Below, one piece after another: positions 13,200 to 28,145 of a stretch of DNA of 64,000 bases. Each line of letters begins with the position of its first letter. The first letter of the stretch is position 1. A program made the position numbers and the translations under genes. The notes under the pieces were generated by a model, which worked only from the letters and a program-made list of their open reading frames with translations, did not search any database and was not told the DNA's origin. The stretch spans positions 227,664,001-227,728,000 of the forward strand of contig OZ024741.1 in NCBI GenBank assembly GCA_964016885.1, read 5' to 3'. The stretch comes from Eledone cirrhosa. Lineage: Eukaryota.

Positions 13200-13439
13200 C
13201 CTGTGTCAGTGTTGAACAAAAAGGTGACGTGGTTGCCTTAACACCGTATGGCATAAATTCAGGCTGTTCAGTTTGTTTACAAACGAACAAAGCGACGTTA
13301 GCGCCGCTAAACTGATACGTGCATATATGTATGTGTACCTGTATGCATATGTATATATATATGTATATATATATATATATATATGTGCATGCTACTGTAC
13401 GTCTGTATACATATATGTATGTACGTATACATACATACT

Positions 13440-13544
<105 letters not shown>

Positions 13545-13798
13545 AGTGTAACTTGGAGTTACTGTAGGTTCACCCGGGTGAGCACTCGATGTTTAGGTTC
13601 ACTTCAGTGTCGAGGTGTAGTTATAGACAGAGTGTATTATAGTGAAATAAGAGTGTATGTATGTATATATATATATATATATATATGTGTATATGTGTGT
13701 GTGTACGTGTACGTGTATACACAAACACATGTACATACAAACATAAGTCTTCTCATATACACATTCAGGCACGTGCTTGCCCACGCATGCACACGCAT

Positions 13799-13896
<98 letters not shown>

Positions 13897-14285
13897 ACAC
13901 ACACACACATACACACACATTAACACACACACACACAACTAATAAGTTTCTGGTTCTTGTGTTTGCCAAAATCATATGAAGAAAAAATTGGCTTTAATTC
14001 AGTTTAAACTGGTATCGTAGTGGTTGTGGTGGTGATATTAGTTGGGGTGATGGAGGTGGTGGTAGTGGTGGTCAGTGGGTAATGGTAGTAGGGACGATGA
14101 TGATTGGAGTTTGTGGCAGTGGTAGGGGTGAAAGTGGAGTGGTTGGGTGTGAGTGTTGGTCATCATTATCGTATTGATAGTTGTTGCAATTTATATTTTC
14201 TTATTTCTTCGAGTTACAAATGTGACCAACTAGTCTTATTTCTTTAGACATATGCTATTCATATCCAACTCTTGAATATCTAATA

Positions 14286-14577
14286 CAGTCATGAGCAACC
14301 TGCGGCCCGCGACGCTTTCTGAATGGCTCGCCTAAGTCACCTAAGTGAAATCTTTCTGATTTTCTTACCCCAACTTTTCAGTCGTAATTTATCTGTCTAT
14401 CATTTATACGACCGAGCAAAACAACGTGTACAGATTCTGAAGAAACAAATCAAAACAACCTGAGTTACCGCCCTTATTTTTTAATGTGGGCACGAATGTA
14501 AATTAGCGCTTGCCGTCCGCCTGATGATGAGCCATATCTCATGCGGCCCGCTTGTCGAAAAAGGTTGCCCATGCCTG
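14286..14577. mobile_element. hAT (Charlie-like) MITE
   Basis: TIRs CAGTCATGAGCAACCT / AGGTTGCCCATGCCTG, subterminal TGCGGCCCGC motifs, 8-bp TSD ATCTAATA/ATGTAATA. Confidence 0.85.
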
Positions 14578-15374
14578 ATGTAATACGTCCTTCTTTTAAA
14601 TCTGCAATGTGTCCTTTGAGATAGATTTACCTGCTCTTTTTAGCAGCTTGGGTAAGCTCCAATCGTACAACATTAATATAACATTAATATAAAGCTGATC
14701 GAACGACTATATACACTTTATCCTTCAAATGTGGTTTATTATGACGATGTGAAATGTATCATTACACTCTCTAGAGTTCAAATCTCGGTTTTCATTTCTC
14801 CTAGTTTCAAAAGGCCAATTGAGTTGCGCGTCAGAAAATATCCCATATATCTCTATGTTCTTTTTTCAAATGTTACCCATGATGAATTTTTTTTTCATCC
14901 TTCTAAGGAGGTCGAGATAAATATATGTATGTAATGACCCGTTTCTCCTAGTGGTGTCGTGGGGGCGCCATAGTGGCATATTAAATCTGACGGTGGTCAT
15001 GTCTAAACACAGCCAACATCTTCCAGAGAAGGGAGGCTGTGATAAGATAACGCGAGAAAGAGACATAGATGAAGAATCGACCACAGTACTGGGCTGGTAC
15101 TTTTATAAACGACCTTGAAATGATGAAACACAAAGCTGACTGCAGCGAGATCTGAATCAAGGGCGCAGAAAGACAAAACGAATACCGCAAAGCATTCTAT
15201 CGGACGTTCTAAAAACTCGGCCAATTCGCCGCCTAGCGAGTTAAATGATTACAGGTCAAATATTAGGAACTATGTCAACGACACAATCCCTTCAAAACGT
15301 TGCCTCGGCTTTACCACTGTTCACTGATTGAAATCATTAAAGGAATAAAAAGATTTTCAGCAATACACTACTGA

Positions 15375-15579
15375 TACATCATCATCATCACCACCACCGG
15401 CATCAACATCATCATTACTATCATCATCATCATCACCACCACCACTACCACCACCACCACCAACAACAACAACACTATCCCCTTCCTCATGATCTTCTTT
15501 ACCATCAATGTGATCAACATCGATGTAATCTTCTCAGTCAACACTTTGTATTAAAAAAAATAAAAACACCAACACATTT

Positions 15580-15613
<34 letters not shown>

Positions 15614-15615
15614 CA

Positions 15616-15710
<95 letters not shown>

Positions 15711-15900
15711 CCTTCATTACAACATCTACCACCAATACAGCTACAACAAAGCTACAACTACAACACCACCACTTCTAGATTATTGCTACAATACCTCTAC
15801 TACAAAAAATACCATTACTACATCATTATCCCTGCATTAAGGACCGCACAAACCACAACGACCAATACTACTTCCCAAAGATTTTGCTTATCTCGAATGT
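15375..15900. repeat. (ATC)/(ACC)/(ACT)n low-complexity block
   Basis: Direct reading. Confidence 0.9.
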
Positions 15901-16118
15901 TCTCCATTCACATGCTTTTCCTGCAGTGATCAACGTGAGAAACATTAGCGGCATCGATCTCACCTGTGTGGGAGGGCCTACGAAGATTATGAAGACTGAT
16001 TTTTACCTTCAAAATAACATGTGCTTATAGCTTTCCCAGACTTTCCAGACTACTAAGCAACAAACACGACCTTCGAAATAATTTGTGCTCATAGCCTTCC
16101 CAGGCCTACTCAGAAAAA

Positions 16119-16636
16119 TAATTGTTTCTACTTTAGGCACAAGGCCAGCAATTACCCAGTGCATTACTGGTACTTTATTTTATCGACCCCGTAAGGATGA
16201 AAGGCAAAGTCAACCTCGGCGAGAAAAATAATACTTTCTACTTTAGGCAGAAAGCTAGCAATTTTAAGGAGGAGGGAAATTCGATAAAATTGACCCCAGT
16301 GCGTTACTGGTACTTTATTTTATCGACCCGATGAGGATGAAAGACAAAGCTAACCGCGGCATTATTCGGTGGATTGGCAGTATCGGTAGAGGGTCGGACG
16401 TCATGCTTTGCAACAAAGAGTTACGGCCCTTTATGGTCTGAGTTCAAATCCCGCCGAGGTTAACTTTGCCTTTCATCCTTACTGGGTCGATAAAATAAAG
16501 TACCAGTAATATACTGGGATAATTGCTGGCCTTGTGCCAAAAGTAGAAACAATTATTTGAACTCAGATCGTAAAGGGCCGTAACCCTATGTCATACAGCA
16601 TGTTGTCCGATGCTCTACCAATACTGCCAACTCCCC
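16119..16636. mobile_element. Cluster of nested octopus-type SINE pieces (16119-16220 -, 16229-16360 -, 16367-16557 +, 16558-16636 -)
   Basis: Same A/B boxes and core as 6008-6198, in both orientations. Confidence 0.85.
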
Positions 16637-16899
16637 AGAAAAATAAGCTGCAACCCCCACTGCTACAATTATTTTATCCCTCTACTACAACAGTATAATG
16701 AAGACCAATAATACAACCACCTAAACTACTACGACTACTACAGCTAGCAACTCTATTGTCACCAGCACTAGTACAATCAATACTATATCTAAACACACCG
16801 ATACTATAATCACTACGCCCACCACAACCATCCCCTCTTACAGTACAAAACTATACATACCGCCATCAACAATAACACGAGCAATGCTAGGGTTAAGGT

Positions 16900-17377
16900 C
16901 TACCAATTCCACTACTACCACCATCACTACAGACGGCATCACTACACAACTACTATAACCACTACTAATATCACTACCACTACAATCTACCACAGCTATA
17001 ACTACTACTACCACCATTACAGTCTACCACACCACAGCTATAACCACTACTACTACCACTACTACAGTCTACCGCACCACTACTACTACCACTACTACAG
17101 TCTACCGCACTACTACTGTAACCCCTGCTACCACAACTACAGTCTACCACACCACTACTAATACCACACCACAAATATAACCACCAGTACAGTCTAACAC
17201 ACGCCTACTACTACTACTACTACTACTACTAGTACTACCACCACCACTACACACTCTACCACACCACCACTATAATCTCTACTACTATTGTCACCACCAC
17301 TACTACTACCACCACCACTACATTCTCTACCAACCACTATTAATAATCTCTACTACTATAATATCTACTACTATTAT

Positions 17378-17421
<44 letters not shown>

Positions 17422-18662
17422 TACACTCTACCAACCACTACTACAATCTCTACTACTAATACCCCCCACCACTACTACTACCACCACCACCACCACTACA
17501 CACTCTACCAACCACTACTATAATCTCTGCTGCTACCACCACCACCACCACTACACACTCTACTACACCACCACTATAATCTCTACTACTAATACCCCCA
17601 CAACTACTACTACTACCACCACTACACACTCTACCACACCACCACTATAAGCTCTACTACTAACACCACCACCACCACTACAGACTCTACCACACCACTA
17701 TAATCTCTACTACTACTACTACCACCACTACACACTCTACCACACCACCACTATAATCTCTACTACTACCACCACTACACACTCTACCACACCACTATAA
17801 TCTCTACTACTATTACCACCACTACTACAACCTCTCCAACCAATACCACTAATACTACATACTCCACCACACCACTACTCTAATCGCTTCTAGCACCAAC
17901 ACACAACAAACATGGAAAGGTGCATCTGCGGTACGGTTTCAGTCTACTAGAAATAGCAGCCAAAGCTGCCCCAGATCACAGTCAGGATCATAAATGACAC
18001 ATTAGATAGTGTAGTCTTAGATATATAAGATATGTCAGAAAATATGACTGCTTGGTCACCTTTGGGATTCTTAATCGAACTGATAAGGTCTGATCTAGAG
18101 TTAATGTAACAACCAGGTCAACTACTACTACTACTACTACAGCTACTACTACTACTACTACTACTACTACTGCTACTACGACTACTACTACTACTACTGC
18201 TACTACTACTACTACAACTACTACTAGGACTACTACTACTACTACTACTACTACAACTACTACTACTGCTACTACTACTATTACTACTACAACAAAAACA
18301 ACAACTACTACAACAGCAACTACTACTACTGCAGCTGCTGCTGCTAACACTACTACTACTAATAATACTACTACTGCTGCTGCTACTACTACGAACTCTA
18401 CTACTACTACTACTACTACTACTACTGCTGCTGTTGCTACTACTACTACAACTACTGCTCCTGCTACTGCTGCTGCTACTGCTACTACTACTACTGCTGC
18501 TGCTGCTACTACTACTACTAGTACTACTACTACTACTACTACTACTGCTGCTGCTGCTACTACTACTACTGCTGCTGCTGCTGCTACTACTACTGCTGCT
18601 GCTGCTGCTACTACTACTACTACTACTACTACTACTGCTGCTGCTACTACTACTACTACTAC
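16900..18662. repeat. (ACT)/(ACC)/(GCT)n low-complexity region with degenerate ~45-50-bp repeats
   Basis: Recurring ACCACTACACACTCTACCACACCAC(C)ACTATAATCTCTACTACT. Confidence 0.85.
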
Positions 18663-18711
18663 GAGGGAAAGTCGATGACATCGACCGCAGTGCGTTACTG
18701 AATAAATGTTT

Positions 18712-18890
18712 CTACGATTGGCACAAGGCCATCAAATACCCAGTACATTACTGGTACTTTAATTTATCGACCCCGTAAGGATGAAAGGCAAAGTTAACCT
18801 CGGCGGGATTTGAACTCAGACCATAAAGGGACGTAACTCTATGCGTCAAAGCATGGTGTTCGACTCTCTACCGATACTGCCAATCCACCT
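18712..18890 (-). mobile_element. tRNA-derived SINE
   Basis: Reverse complement of the 6008 family; GCGTTACTGAATAA flanks both sides as a TSD. Confidence 0.85.
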
Positions 18891-18969
18891 CCTGCGTTAC
18901 TGAATAATAATACTATTTCTGATATTAAAGATAGTACTACTTCTGCTACTACTACTAATATAATTCCTA

Positions 18970-21290
18970 CCACTTCTATAACATCTACCACAACTAACAC
19001 CACAACGGCCACCGCTACTATACACTCTATCACACCACTTCTATAACATCTACCACAACTAACACCACAACGGCCACCGCTACTATACACTCTATCACAC
19101 CACTTCTATAACGTCTACCACAACTAACACCACAACGGCCACCGCTACTATACACTCTATCACACCACTACTATAACGTCTACCACAACTAACACCACAA
19201 CGGCCACCGCTACTATACACTCTATCACACCACTTCTATAACATCTACCACAACTAACACCACAACGGCCACCGCTACTATACACTCTATCACACCACTT
19301 CTATAACATCTACCACAACTAACACCACAACGGCCACCGCTACTATACACTCTATCACACCACTACTATAACGTCTACCACAACTAACACCACCACTACC
19401 ACCGCTACTATACACTCTATCACACCACTTCTATAACGTCTACCACAACTAACACCACCACTGCCACCGCTACTATACACTCTATCACACCACTTCTATA
19501 ACGTCTACCACAACTAACACCACCACTGCCACCGCTACTATACACTCTATCACACCACTTCTATAACGTCTACCACAACTAACACCACAACGGCCACCGC
19601 TACTATACACTCTATCACACCACTTCTATAACGTCTACCACAACTAACACCACCACTGCCACCACTACTATACACTCTATCACACGACTACTATAATTTC
19701 TACCACAACTAACACCACAACGGCCACCGCTACTATACACTCTATCACACGACTACTATAACGTCTACCACAACTAACACCACCACTGCCACCACTACTA
19801 TACACTCTATCACACCACTTCTATAACATCTACCACAACTAACACCACCACTGCCACCGCTACTATACACTCTATCACACCACTTCTATAACGTCTACCA
19901 CAACTAACACCACCACTGCCACCACTACTATACACTCTATCACACCACTTCTATAACGTCTACCACAACTAACACCACCACTGCCACCGCTACTATACAC
20001 TCTATCACACCACTTCTATAACGTCTACCACAACTAACACCACCACTGCCACCACTACTATACACTCTATCACACCACTTCTATAACGTCTACCACAACT
20101 AACACCACCACTGCCACCACTACTATACACTCTATCACACCACTTCTATAACGTCTACCACAACTAACACCACCACTGCCACCACTACTATACACTCTAT
20201 CACACAACTACTATAACGTCTACCACAACTAACACCACCACTACCACCGCTACTATACACTCTATCACACCACTTCTATAACGTCTACCACAACTAACAC
20301 CACCACTACCACCGCTACTATACACTCTATCACACCACTTCTATAACGTCTACCACAACTAACACCACCACTACCACCTCTACTATACACTCTACCACAC
20401 CACTTCTATAACGTCTACCACAACTAACACCACCACTACCACCACTACTATACACTCTACCGCACAACTACTATAACGTCTACCACAACTAACACCACCA
20501 CTGCCACCGCTACTATACACTCTACCACACACACAACTACTATAACGTCTACCACAACTAACACCACCACTGCCACCACTACTATACACTCTACCACACA
20601 ACTACTATAACGTCTACCACAACTAACACCGCCACTGCCACCGCTACTATACACTCTACCACACAACTACTATAACGTCTACCACAACTAACACCGCCAC
20701 TGCCACCGCTACTATACACTCTACCACACAACTACTATAACGTCTACCACAACTAACACCACCACTACCACCGCTACTATACACTCTATCACACGACTAC
20801 TATAATTTCTACCACAACTAAGACCACCACTACCACCACTACTATTTACTCTACCACACCACTACTATAATTTCAATCACAACTAACACCACCACTACCA
20901 CCGCTACTATACACTCTACCACACAACTACTATAACGTCTACCACAACTAACACCACCACTGCCACCGCTACTATACACTCTATCACACCACTACTATAA
21001 TTTCTACCACAACTACCACCGCTACTATACACTCTACCACACCACTACTATAACCTCTACCACAACTAACACCACCACTGCCACCGCTACTATACACTCT
21101 ATCACACCACTACTATAATTTCTACCACAACTACCACCGCTACTATACACTACCACACAACTACTATAACGTCTACCACAACTAACACCACCACTACCAA
21201 CGCTACTATGTCGTCTACCACAACTAACACCACCACTACCACCGCTACTATACACTCTATCGCACCATTACTATAATTTCAACCGCAATT
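18970..21290. repeat. 65-bp minisatellite, ~35 units
   Basis: Unit CACTTCTATAACRTCTACCACAACTAACACCACMACKGCCACCRCTACTATACACTCTATCACAC at 18971, 19036, 19101 and onward. Confidence 0.95.
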
Positions 21291-21324
21291 AGCCCCACCA
21301 CTACCACCGCTACTATACCTTCTA

Positions 21325-21595
21325 AGGTGGAGTGACAGTATCGGTAGAGCGTTAGACACCATACTTTGCTGCATATAGCTATGTCCCTTTCTGGGGTAAT
21401 TGCTGGCCTTGTGCCAAAAGTAGAACCATTTATTACAACCACTATACTAATCACCATTGATACAGTCACCACTACTTCTATTATCACCACTACATTAGGC
21501 TAACTTTGCCTTTCATCCTTACGGGGGTCGATAAAATAAAGTACCAGTAATGCACTGGTAATTTGCTGGCCTTGTGCCTAAAGTAGAAACAATTA
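21325..21595 (+). mobile_element. Two partial SINEs (21325-21432, 21497-21595)
   Basis: Head and 3' parts of the 6008 family. Confidence 0.75.
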
Positions 21596-21659
21596 TCACT
21601 TTTCACTCAAGTACTATTACTACAACCTCAATTATTGTTATACCTATTAAATTGACCAG

Positions 21660-22641
21660 CACCGCAATATCCACCACGGCCACAACCAGCACCATCACCA
21701 CAACTATCACCGCCACTACGCAGCCTGCTATAAACACTACCACGGCCACAACCAGCACCATCACCGCAACCACTATCACCACAACTACCACCGCCACTAC
21801 GCAGCCTGCTATAAACACCACCAAGGCCACAACCAGCACCATCACCGCAACCACCGTCACCACAACAACCACCGCCACTACCACCACTGCGTTAACCATC
21901 ACCATCACTACCACCACCACCACCACCACCACCACCACCAACACCACCACCACCACCACAACCACCACCACTACCACCACCAACACCACCACCATCAACA
22001 CCACCATCACCACCACCACCATCACTACCACCACCACCACTACCACTACCACCACCACCACCACAACTACGGACCACCACCACTGCTATAAACACCACCA
22101 CCACCACCACCACTATAACCACCACAAATAACACCACCACTACCACCACCACCACCACCACTACCACCAACACCAACACCATCACCACTACCACCAGCAC
22201 CAGCACCACCACTACCACCACCACCGCCACCACCACCACTACCACCACCAACACTACCAGCACCACCGCCACCACACTACCACCACCAACACCACCACTA
22301 ACACCAACACCAACACCAACACCACCACTACCACTACCACCAACAACACCACCACCAACACTATCACCACCACCACCACCACTACCACCGCCACCGCCAC
22401 TACAACCAACACCACTACTACCACCACCACCACCACCACCACCACCACCACTACCACCACCAATACCACCCACACCACCCACACCACCACCACCACCACC
22501 TCCACCACCACCACCATCACCACCACCGCCACCGCCACCAACAACACCACTACAACTAACAACAGCAACCAAAACTGGAGATAACATTGTCAATATAAAA
22601 CACCTTAACAGCAACATTACTACTACTACTACTACCACCAA

Positions 22642-22679
<38 letters not shown>

Positions 22680-22800
22680 TTACTACTATTACTACCACCC
22701 CCACTACTACTACTACTACTACAACCACTACCACCAACACTACTACTACTACTACTACTACTACTACCAACACTACTACTACTACCACCACTACTACCAA

Positions 22801-22836
<36 letters not shown>

Positions 22837-22839
22837 CAA

Positions 22840-22880
<41 letters not shown>

Positions 22881-22902
22881 ACACTACTACTACTACTACT
22901 AC
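21660..22902. repeat. (ACC)n/(ACT)n low-complexity region
   Basis: Direct reading. Confidence 0.9.
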
Positions 22903-22904
22903 AA

Positions 22905-23285
22905 ATAATTGTTTCTACGTTAGGCACAAGGCCAGCAATCACCCAGTACATTACTGGTACTTTATTTTATCGACCCCGTAAGGATGAAACGCAAAGTTAA
23001 CCTCGGCGGGATTTGAACTCAGAATGGCAAGGGCCGTAACCCTATGCGTCAAAGCATGGCGTCCAACCCTCTACCGATACTGCCAATCCACATAACGATT
23101 TCTACTATAGGCACAAGGCCAGCAATTTTGAGGGGTCGATTAAATCGACCCCAGTGCACTACTGGTACTTTATTTTATAGGATAAAAGGCAAAGCTAACC
23201 TCGGCAGCATTTGAACTCAGGCGGTAAAGGGCCGTAACTCTATGCTGTAAAGCATATTGCCTACCACTCTAACGATACTGCCACT
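22905..23285 (-). mobile_element. Two tandem tRNA-derived SINEs (22905-23090, 23095-23285)
   Basis: Reverse complements of the 6008 family. Confidence 0.85.
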
Positions 23286-23405
23286 GCAAATAATGCGGCT
23301 AATACTAATATTGTTACTTCTCGTACTATCTATACCAATACTTCTACAAATACTGCTATTGCAACTACCTATACTAGAACTCCTACAACTACCACCAACT
23401 ACCAA

Positions 23406-23465
<60 letters not shown>

Positions 23466-24056
23466 CACTATCACTACTATTATTACTACTATTATTGGTT
23501 TATCTACTACTACCACAAGTAATACAGCTATTACTACTACTAGTGTTCTTCCTGCTACTACCACAAATAATGCTACTATTACTATTTTCCATCATTATTA
23601 AGACCAGAGCCATGAAATTTACCATCACATTCATCAACATTTTGACTACCTTCAACATCAACATATTCATCATCATCATCATCATCATCATCAATATGAT
23701 TAACATCAATATTTTACACATCAAGCTTCTCCGCACTCTTTTACAAACACAACAACAACAAACATACTAACACCAACAACGTCAACGGCAACAACAAGTA
23801 GAGCAACAACGGCCGCAACAACCAGAACAACAACATTGGTATTGTATGAGAGACAGCCAGTACATATGTAACAATCACTGCGACACACTGCGCAAAGCCG
23901 CCGCCGACAGCCATACCGTTCGCCATCCACATCACCCGACAGTTCCCACCAACACCGCTCTATCACCAGCCGCCAAAAAGCTACTACACTCCTGCTGCCA
24001 GCCCAGTCAAAATTGTTGGCTCAGCTTTAACAAAATATACATCAATGCATTTATAC

Positions 24057-24142
<86 letters not shown>

Positions 24143-24153
24143 ACATATGTATA

Positions 24154-24210
<57 letters not shown>

Positions 24211-24213
24211 GTC

Positions 24214-24243
<30 letters not shown>

Positions 24244-24249
<6 letters not shown>

Positions 24250-25165
24250 TATATAAAACTGAGGATGTCTGTTTGTGTGTGTGTGAGTTTGAAATCCCTA
24301 AAACTCGAGAACCACCCAACCGACGGTTTTCAAACTTTACACATGTAATACTTATGTTTCAGGGAGTGTTCTGAGCAAAAACAATTTCAAAGTTTCAATG
24401 CCTTAGGGACCGCATTAGGCGATTTAGCGATCTCTCTATATAATTCTAAGTCTTTCTCTTTTTAGATAGATACATACATATAACGCCGCGCCGTTATGCT
24501 ATCTGTCTGTATGTCTGGCTGTCTGCATTACACCACTTCCCTGAGGATGTCTGTCTGTGTGTGTGTGTGTGTGTCTGTGAGTTTGAATCCCTAACACTTG
24601 AGAAGTACCCAACCGACTTTTTTCAAACTTTACATTGTATTACTTATGTTTCAGGGATTGTTATGCACATAATAAAAATTCAACTTTTTGATCTCTTAGT
24701 TGAAAAACTGCGTTTTTTCAGGTTTTTAGGGGTTTTTTGAGTCGTTACGTCAGACTGATTTGCTTGAAATTGTAACTATGTATTAGTCAGTCTTTTCTTC
24801 ATACCGTGAGCATAGAAAATTCAACTTTTTTATGGCCTAGGGCCTGCATTAGGTGAAAAACTTCATTTTTTCAGCTTTTTAGGGCTTTTTGGAGGCGTTA
24901 CGTCTAGCCGATTTTCCCGAAATTTCAAAGCATATTATGCACATTAAAAAAATTCATTTTCTTGATCCCCTAGGGCCCGCATTAGGTGAAAACCTGCATT
25001 TTTCCTTCTTCATCGAGGAAAATCTTAAAGATCATCAAGCCATCAGAGTATTCGGGTTATTTTCTTGAGATATTGTCCAGGCATGCAGTTTTTCCACGAT
25101 TAGGTCTGTTGGCAGCCTGCGTTCCAAAATACCTTATCCCGTGCAACGCCGGGTACCAGTGCTAC
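24244..25165 (+). mobile_element. Non-autonomous Helitron-like element
   Basis: Starts (TC)TATATATATAAAACTGAGGATGTCTG-(TG)n; internal duplications; 3' hairpin CCCGTGCAACGCCGGG then TGCTAC (CTAG-like). Second copy at 56600. Confidence 0.7.
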
Positions 25166-25247
25166 TATATGTATAAATGTAAGTCCAAAGAATCATTAGA
25201 AAATGATATATAGTCCGTGTATATATATATAACAAAACATACATCGA

Positions 25248-25335
<88 letters not shown>

Positions 25336-25450
25336 CGGTATTTAATTTGTTGGAAGTCCGACAAATATAAATGTTTATAACTGATTTAGAGCACTCAACA
25401 AATATTCAATGATATTAAATAAATGGAAACTATATTTATAAAACCATATT

Positions 25451-25514
25451 TATTTTATTATATATATTTCAAGGGTACCAAGACAACATTGGTACGCTTT
25501 CATCAGATAAAATA
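25451..25514 (-). ncRNA. Type I hammerhead
   Basis: Minus: TATTTTAT-CTGATGA-AAGCGTACCAA TGTTGTC TTGGTACCCTT-GAAA-TATATA-TA-ATAAAATA. Confidence 0.9.
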
Positions 25515-25625
25515 CAAAGTTTGTTTTATAAATAGAGACGTACCCATGAAAATCATACCTTATCGGTTGGAAATTCACTGTGAATTTCCAACCGATAAGG
25601 TATGAATTTTATAAAACAAACTTTG

Positions 25626-25689
25626 TATTTTATCTGAAGAAAGCGTACCAATGTTGTCTTGGTACCCTTGAAATATATATAATAAAATA
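25626..25689 (+). ncRNA. Type I hammerhead
   Basis: Same motif with CTGAAGA core. Confidence 0.9.
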
Positions 25690-25728
25690 AATATGGTTTT
25701 ATGAATATAGTTTCCATTTATTTAATAT

Positions 25729-25760
<32 letters not shown>

Positions 25761-26124
25761 TCGGGGTAACAGATTATTGTTATAGGTAGTCCACTTAGGT
25801 GTAGTCCAGTTAGGGTACTCCGAGTAGTGGATGATATCAACGCTTGGCTAATATATATATATGCATCGATGCATATATATGCATCGATGTATGTTTTGTT
25901 ATATATATATTTACGCACTATATATCATCAACACATACACGCACATAGATACATTTATACGCACACACACACACACATATATATATATTGAGAAGGGTCT
26001 CTTACAGAACTAGTTCTTTTTCCTTCATTCTTTTTCAAGCGACTGTTTAATTTAAAAATGTATTAAGTACTTTACTATAATTGTGGTTCTCTCCATTTAA
26101 AATGGAATAATTATATATATATAA

Positions 26125-26161
<37 letters not shown>

Positions 26162-26279
26162 TGTGTGTGTGTGCGTGTGCGTGTTTTTCTGCGTAAGTAT
26201 ATATATATTCATGGATGTGTGTGTCTGTGTCAATATGTCGTATATATATATAAGGACGGTGCTTTGACTTACGTCAGAC

Positions 26280-26880
26280 GCTGTGACCCCGGGTGGACCA
26301 GCAGTACCGTTGGTAGGGGGTTGAAACTGCCAAAGACCATCTCAACGGCCGATGACTCTGAAGTTCTGTCCTTCGCTTGTATTTTTATTTTCAAAAAATA
26401 AAATTTTAAGGTTTCCCCTTTAAAAAATTATTTCCTGTTTTGCTTGTTTTCGTTCATTGTCTTGTTCTCTCTTTGCTGATTGTCTTAAGTTTATCACTAC
26501 TGACCTTTAATTTCAATGGCTCACATTTTTCAACATGATATCTTCATTTTTTTTTCATTCTTTCCTTTTTCTGTTTTCTTTTTAACTTTTTTCCTTTGTT
26601 TCACTCATGAGAGTTTCGTGCTATAAGAGGCACAATACCATTTCCTTGTCGCCACGTAAGATTCTATGTCATAGCTTAATTGCTATAAGTTACTGTTTTG
26701 TCTCGTCTCTTACTCCACAGCACTTGTGTCACCCCGAGTGTGACCCCGAGTGACCCAGCTGTACCGTTTGTATTTTAATTAAAAAAAAAAATCTTTTAAG
26801 GTTTCCCTTTTAAAAAAATTGTTTTTCGTTTTGCTTTGTTTTTGTTCGTTATCTTGTCCTCTCTTTGCTGATTTTCATAA

Positions 26881-26881
<1 letters not shown>
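26280..26881. repeat. Decayed direct repeat (~390-460-bp spacing) between (TA)n tracts
   Basis: TTTTAAGGTTTCCC...CTCTCTTTGCTGATT at 26404 and 26794. Helix II-GAAA remnant (GTGC..GCAC GAAAC) on - at ~26607-26633. Confidence 0.65.
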
Positions 26882-26922
<41 letters not shown>

Positions 26923-26966
26923 TACCCCAGCATGGCCTCAGCCGGATGGCTGAAACAGGTAAAAGA

Positions 26967-27003
<37 letters not shown>

Positions 27004-27196
27004 ACCATTCTGCTCTGAGGAAACAGTGGTCACAGCATTGGATATTTGAGTTCTGCAAGTACTTGTGAATTTGCACGTAGCATAACTAGGCTGCAGTACC
27101 ACCGTGGAAACACTTGTAAGCACACGGAATAAATTACCTTTTTATGATGTCTACCTGTTATTATTCATTCTTTATATATATATATATATATATATA

Positions 27197-28062
27197 TAAG
27201 TATGTACACGTACATACATATATGTATACAGACGTACAGTAGTATGTATATATATATACATACATGCACATATATATATATACGTATGGATTCACCGAAC
27301 ATTTATTATAATGCTCGGTGTGTTTGTAAACAAACATCCCGTATTAAGCCTCAGTGTCTAGCAACCATCGTTGCTCGTTTGTTCAACACTGACAAAGGAA
27401 CGCTGTACTAGTTTCAAGCTTATTAGCTATCGTCAGCAACATATACCTTCCTGCCAGATTGTTGAACGTATATACTTACCTTATGCATATTAACGGGTGA
27501 GTAGCCCAATTTGCATATCGAGTGGGTTAATCGGCCGGGTGCACCGAAAACGATAAACGGAAAAAATGAAACCAAATTTCATTTCCCACTCTTAGTACGG
27601 CTGTTACTTAAATATAAGTATGTACACGCACATACATATATGTATACAGACGTACAGTAGTATGTATATATATATACATACATGCACACATATATATATG
27701 TACGTATGGATTCACCGAACATTTATTATAATGCTCGGTGTGTTTGTAAACAAACATCCCGTATTAAGCCGTAGCTAATAAGCTTGAAACTAGTACAGCG
27801 TTCCTTTGTCAGTGTTGAACAAACGAGCAACGATGGTTGCTAGACACTACGGCTTAATACGGGTTGTATATGTTTACAAACACACCGAGCATTATAATAA
27901 ATGTTCGGTGAATCCATACGTACATATATATATGTGTGCATGTATGTATATATATACATACTACTGTACGTCTGTATACATATTTGTATGTACGTGTACA
28001 TACTTATATTTAAGTAACAGCCGTACTAAGAGTGGCAAATGAAATTTCGTTTCATTTTTTCC

Positions 28063-28066
<4 letters not shown>
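27197..28066. mobile_element. Hammerhead family A subfamily: partial tandem (-) plus inverted arm (+)
   Basis: Homologous to 11181-13441; unit repeat at 27197 and 27615; inversion junction ~27771. Confidence 0.85.
27401..27441 (-). ncRNA. Type I hammerhead (family A variant)
   Basis: Minus: TGTTG-CTGACGA-TAGCTAATAAGCTT-GAAA-CTAG-TA-CAGCG; helix I differs from family A but still pairs. Confidence 0.8.

Positions 28067-28145
<79 letters not shown>

Larger units (their letters stand above)
25332..25731. mobile_element. Tail-out inverted repeat carrying two hammerheads
   Basis: 25409-25540 versus 25580-25731 reverse complement; extra tail 25332-25408 on the left arm. Confidence 0.85.

Noticed and set aside
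11197-13290. Repeated 93-116-aa ORFs in the 466-bp array
   Set aside because: They start in TA-rich sequence, have no recognisable motif, and their frames are not conserved in relatives at 27197 and 33313.
14515-14560. CTGATGA..GAAA within the hAT MITE
   Set aside because: No convincing helix I or III; the sequence is explained as a MITE subterminus.
18970-21290. CRISPR-like regular repeat
   Set aside because: Contiguous tandem units without unique spacers, no cas genes, eukaryotic context.
21574-22131. Thr-rich mucin-like ORF and the antisense Val/Gly/Ser ORFs
   Set aside because: It starts inside a SINE tail and runs through (ACC)n; no domain, signal peptide or splice evidence.
23741-23935. 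64-aa hydrophobic ORF as a membrane protein
   Set aside because: Hydrophobicity comes largely from (GTT)n-like repeats; bounded by stops; no recognisable homology.
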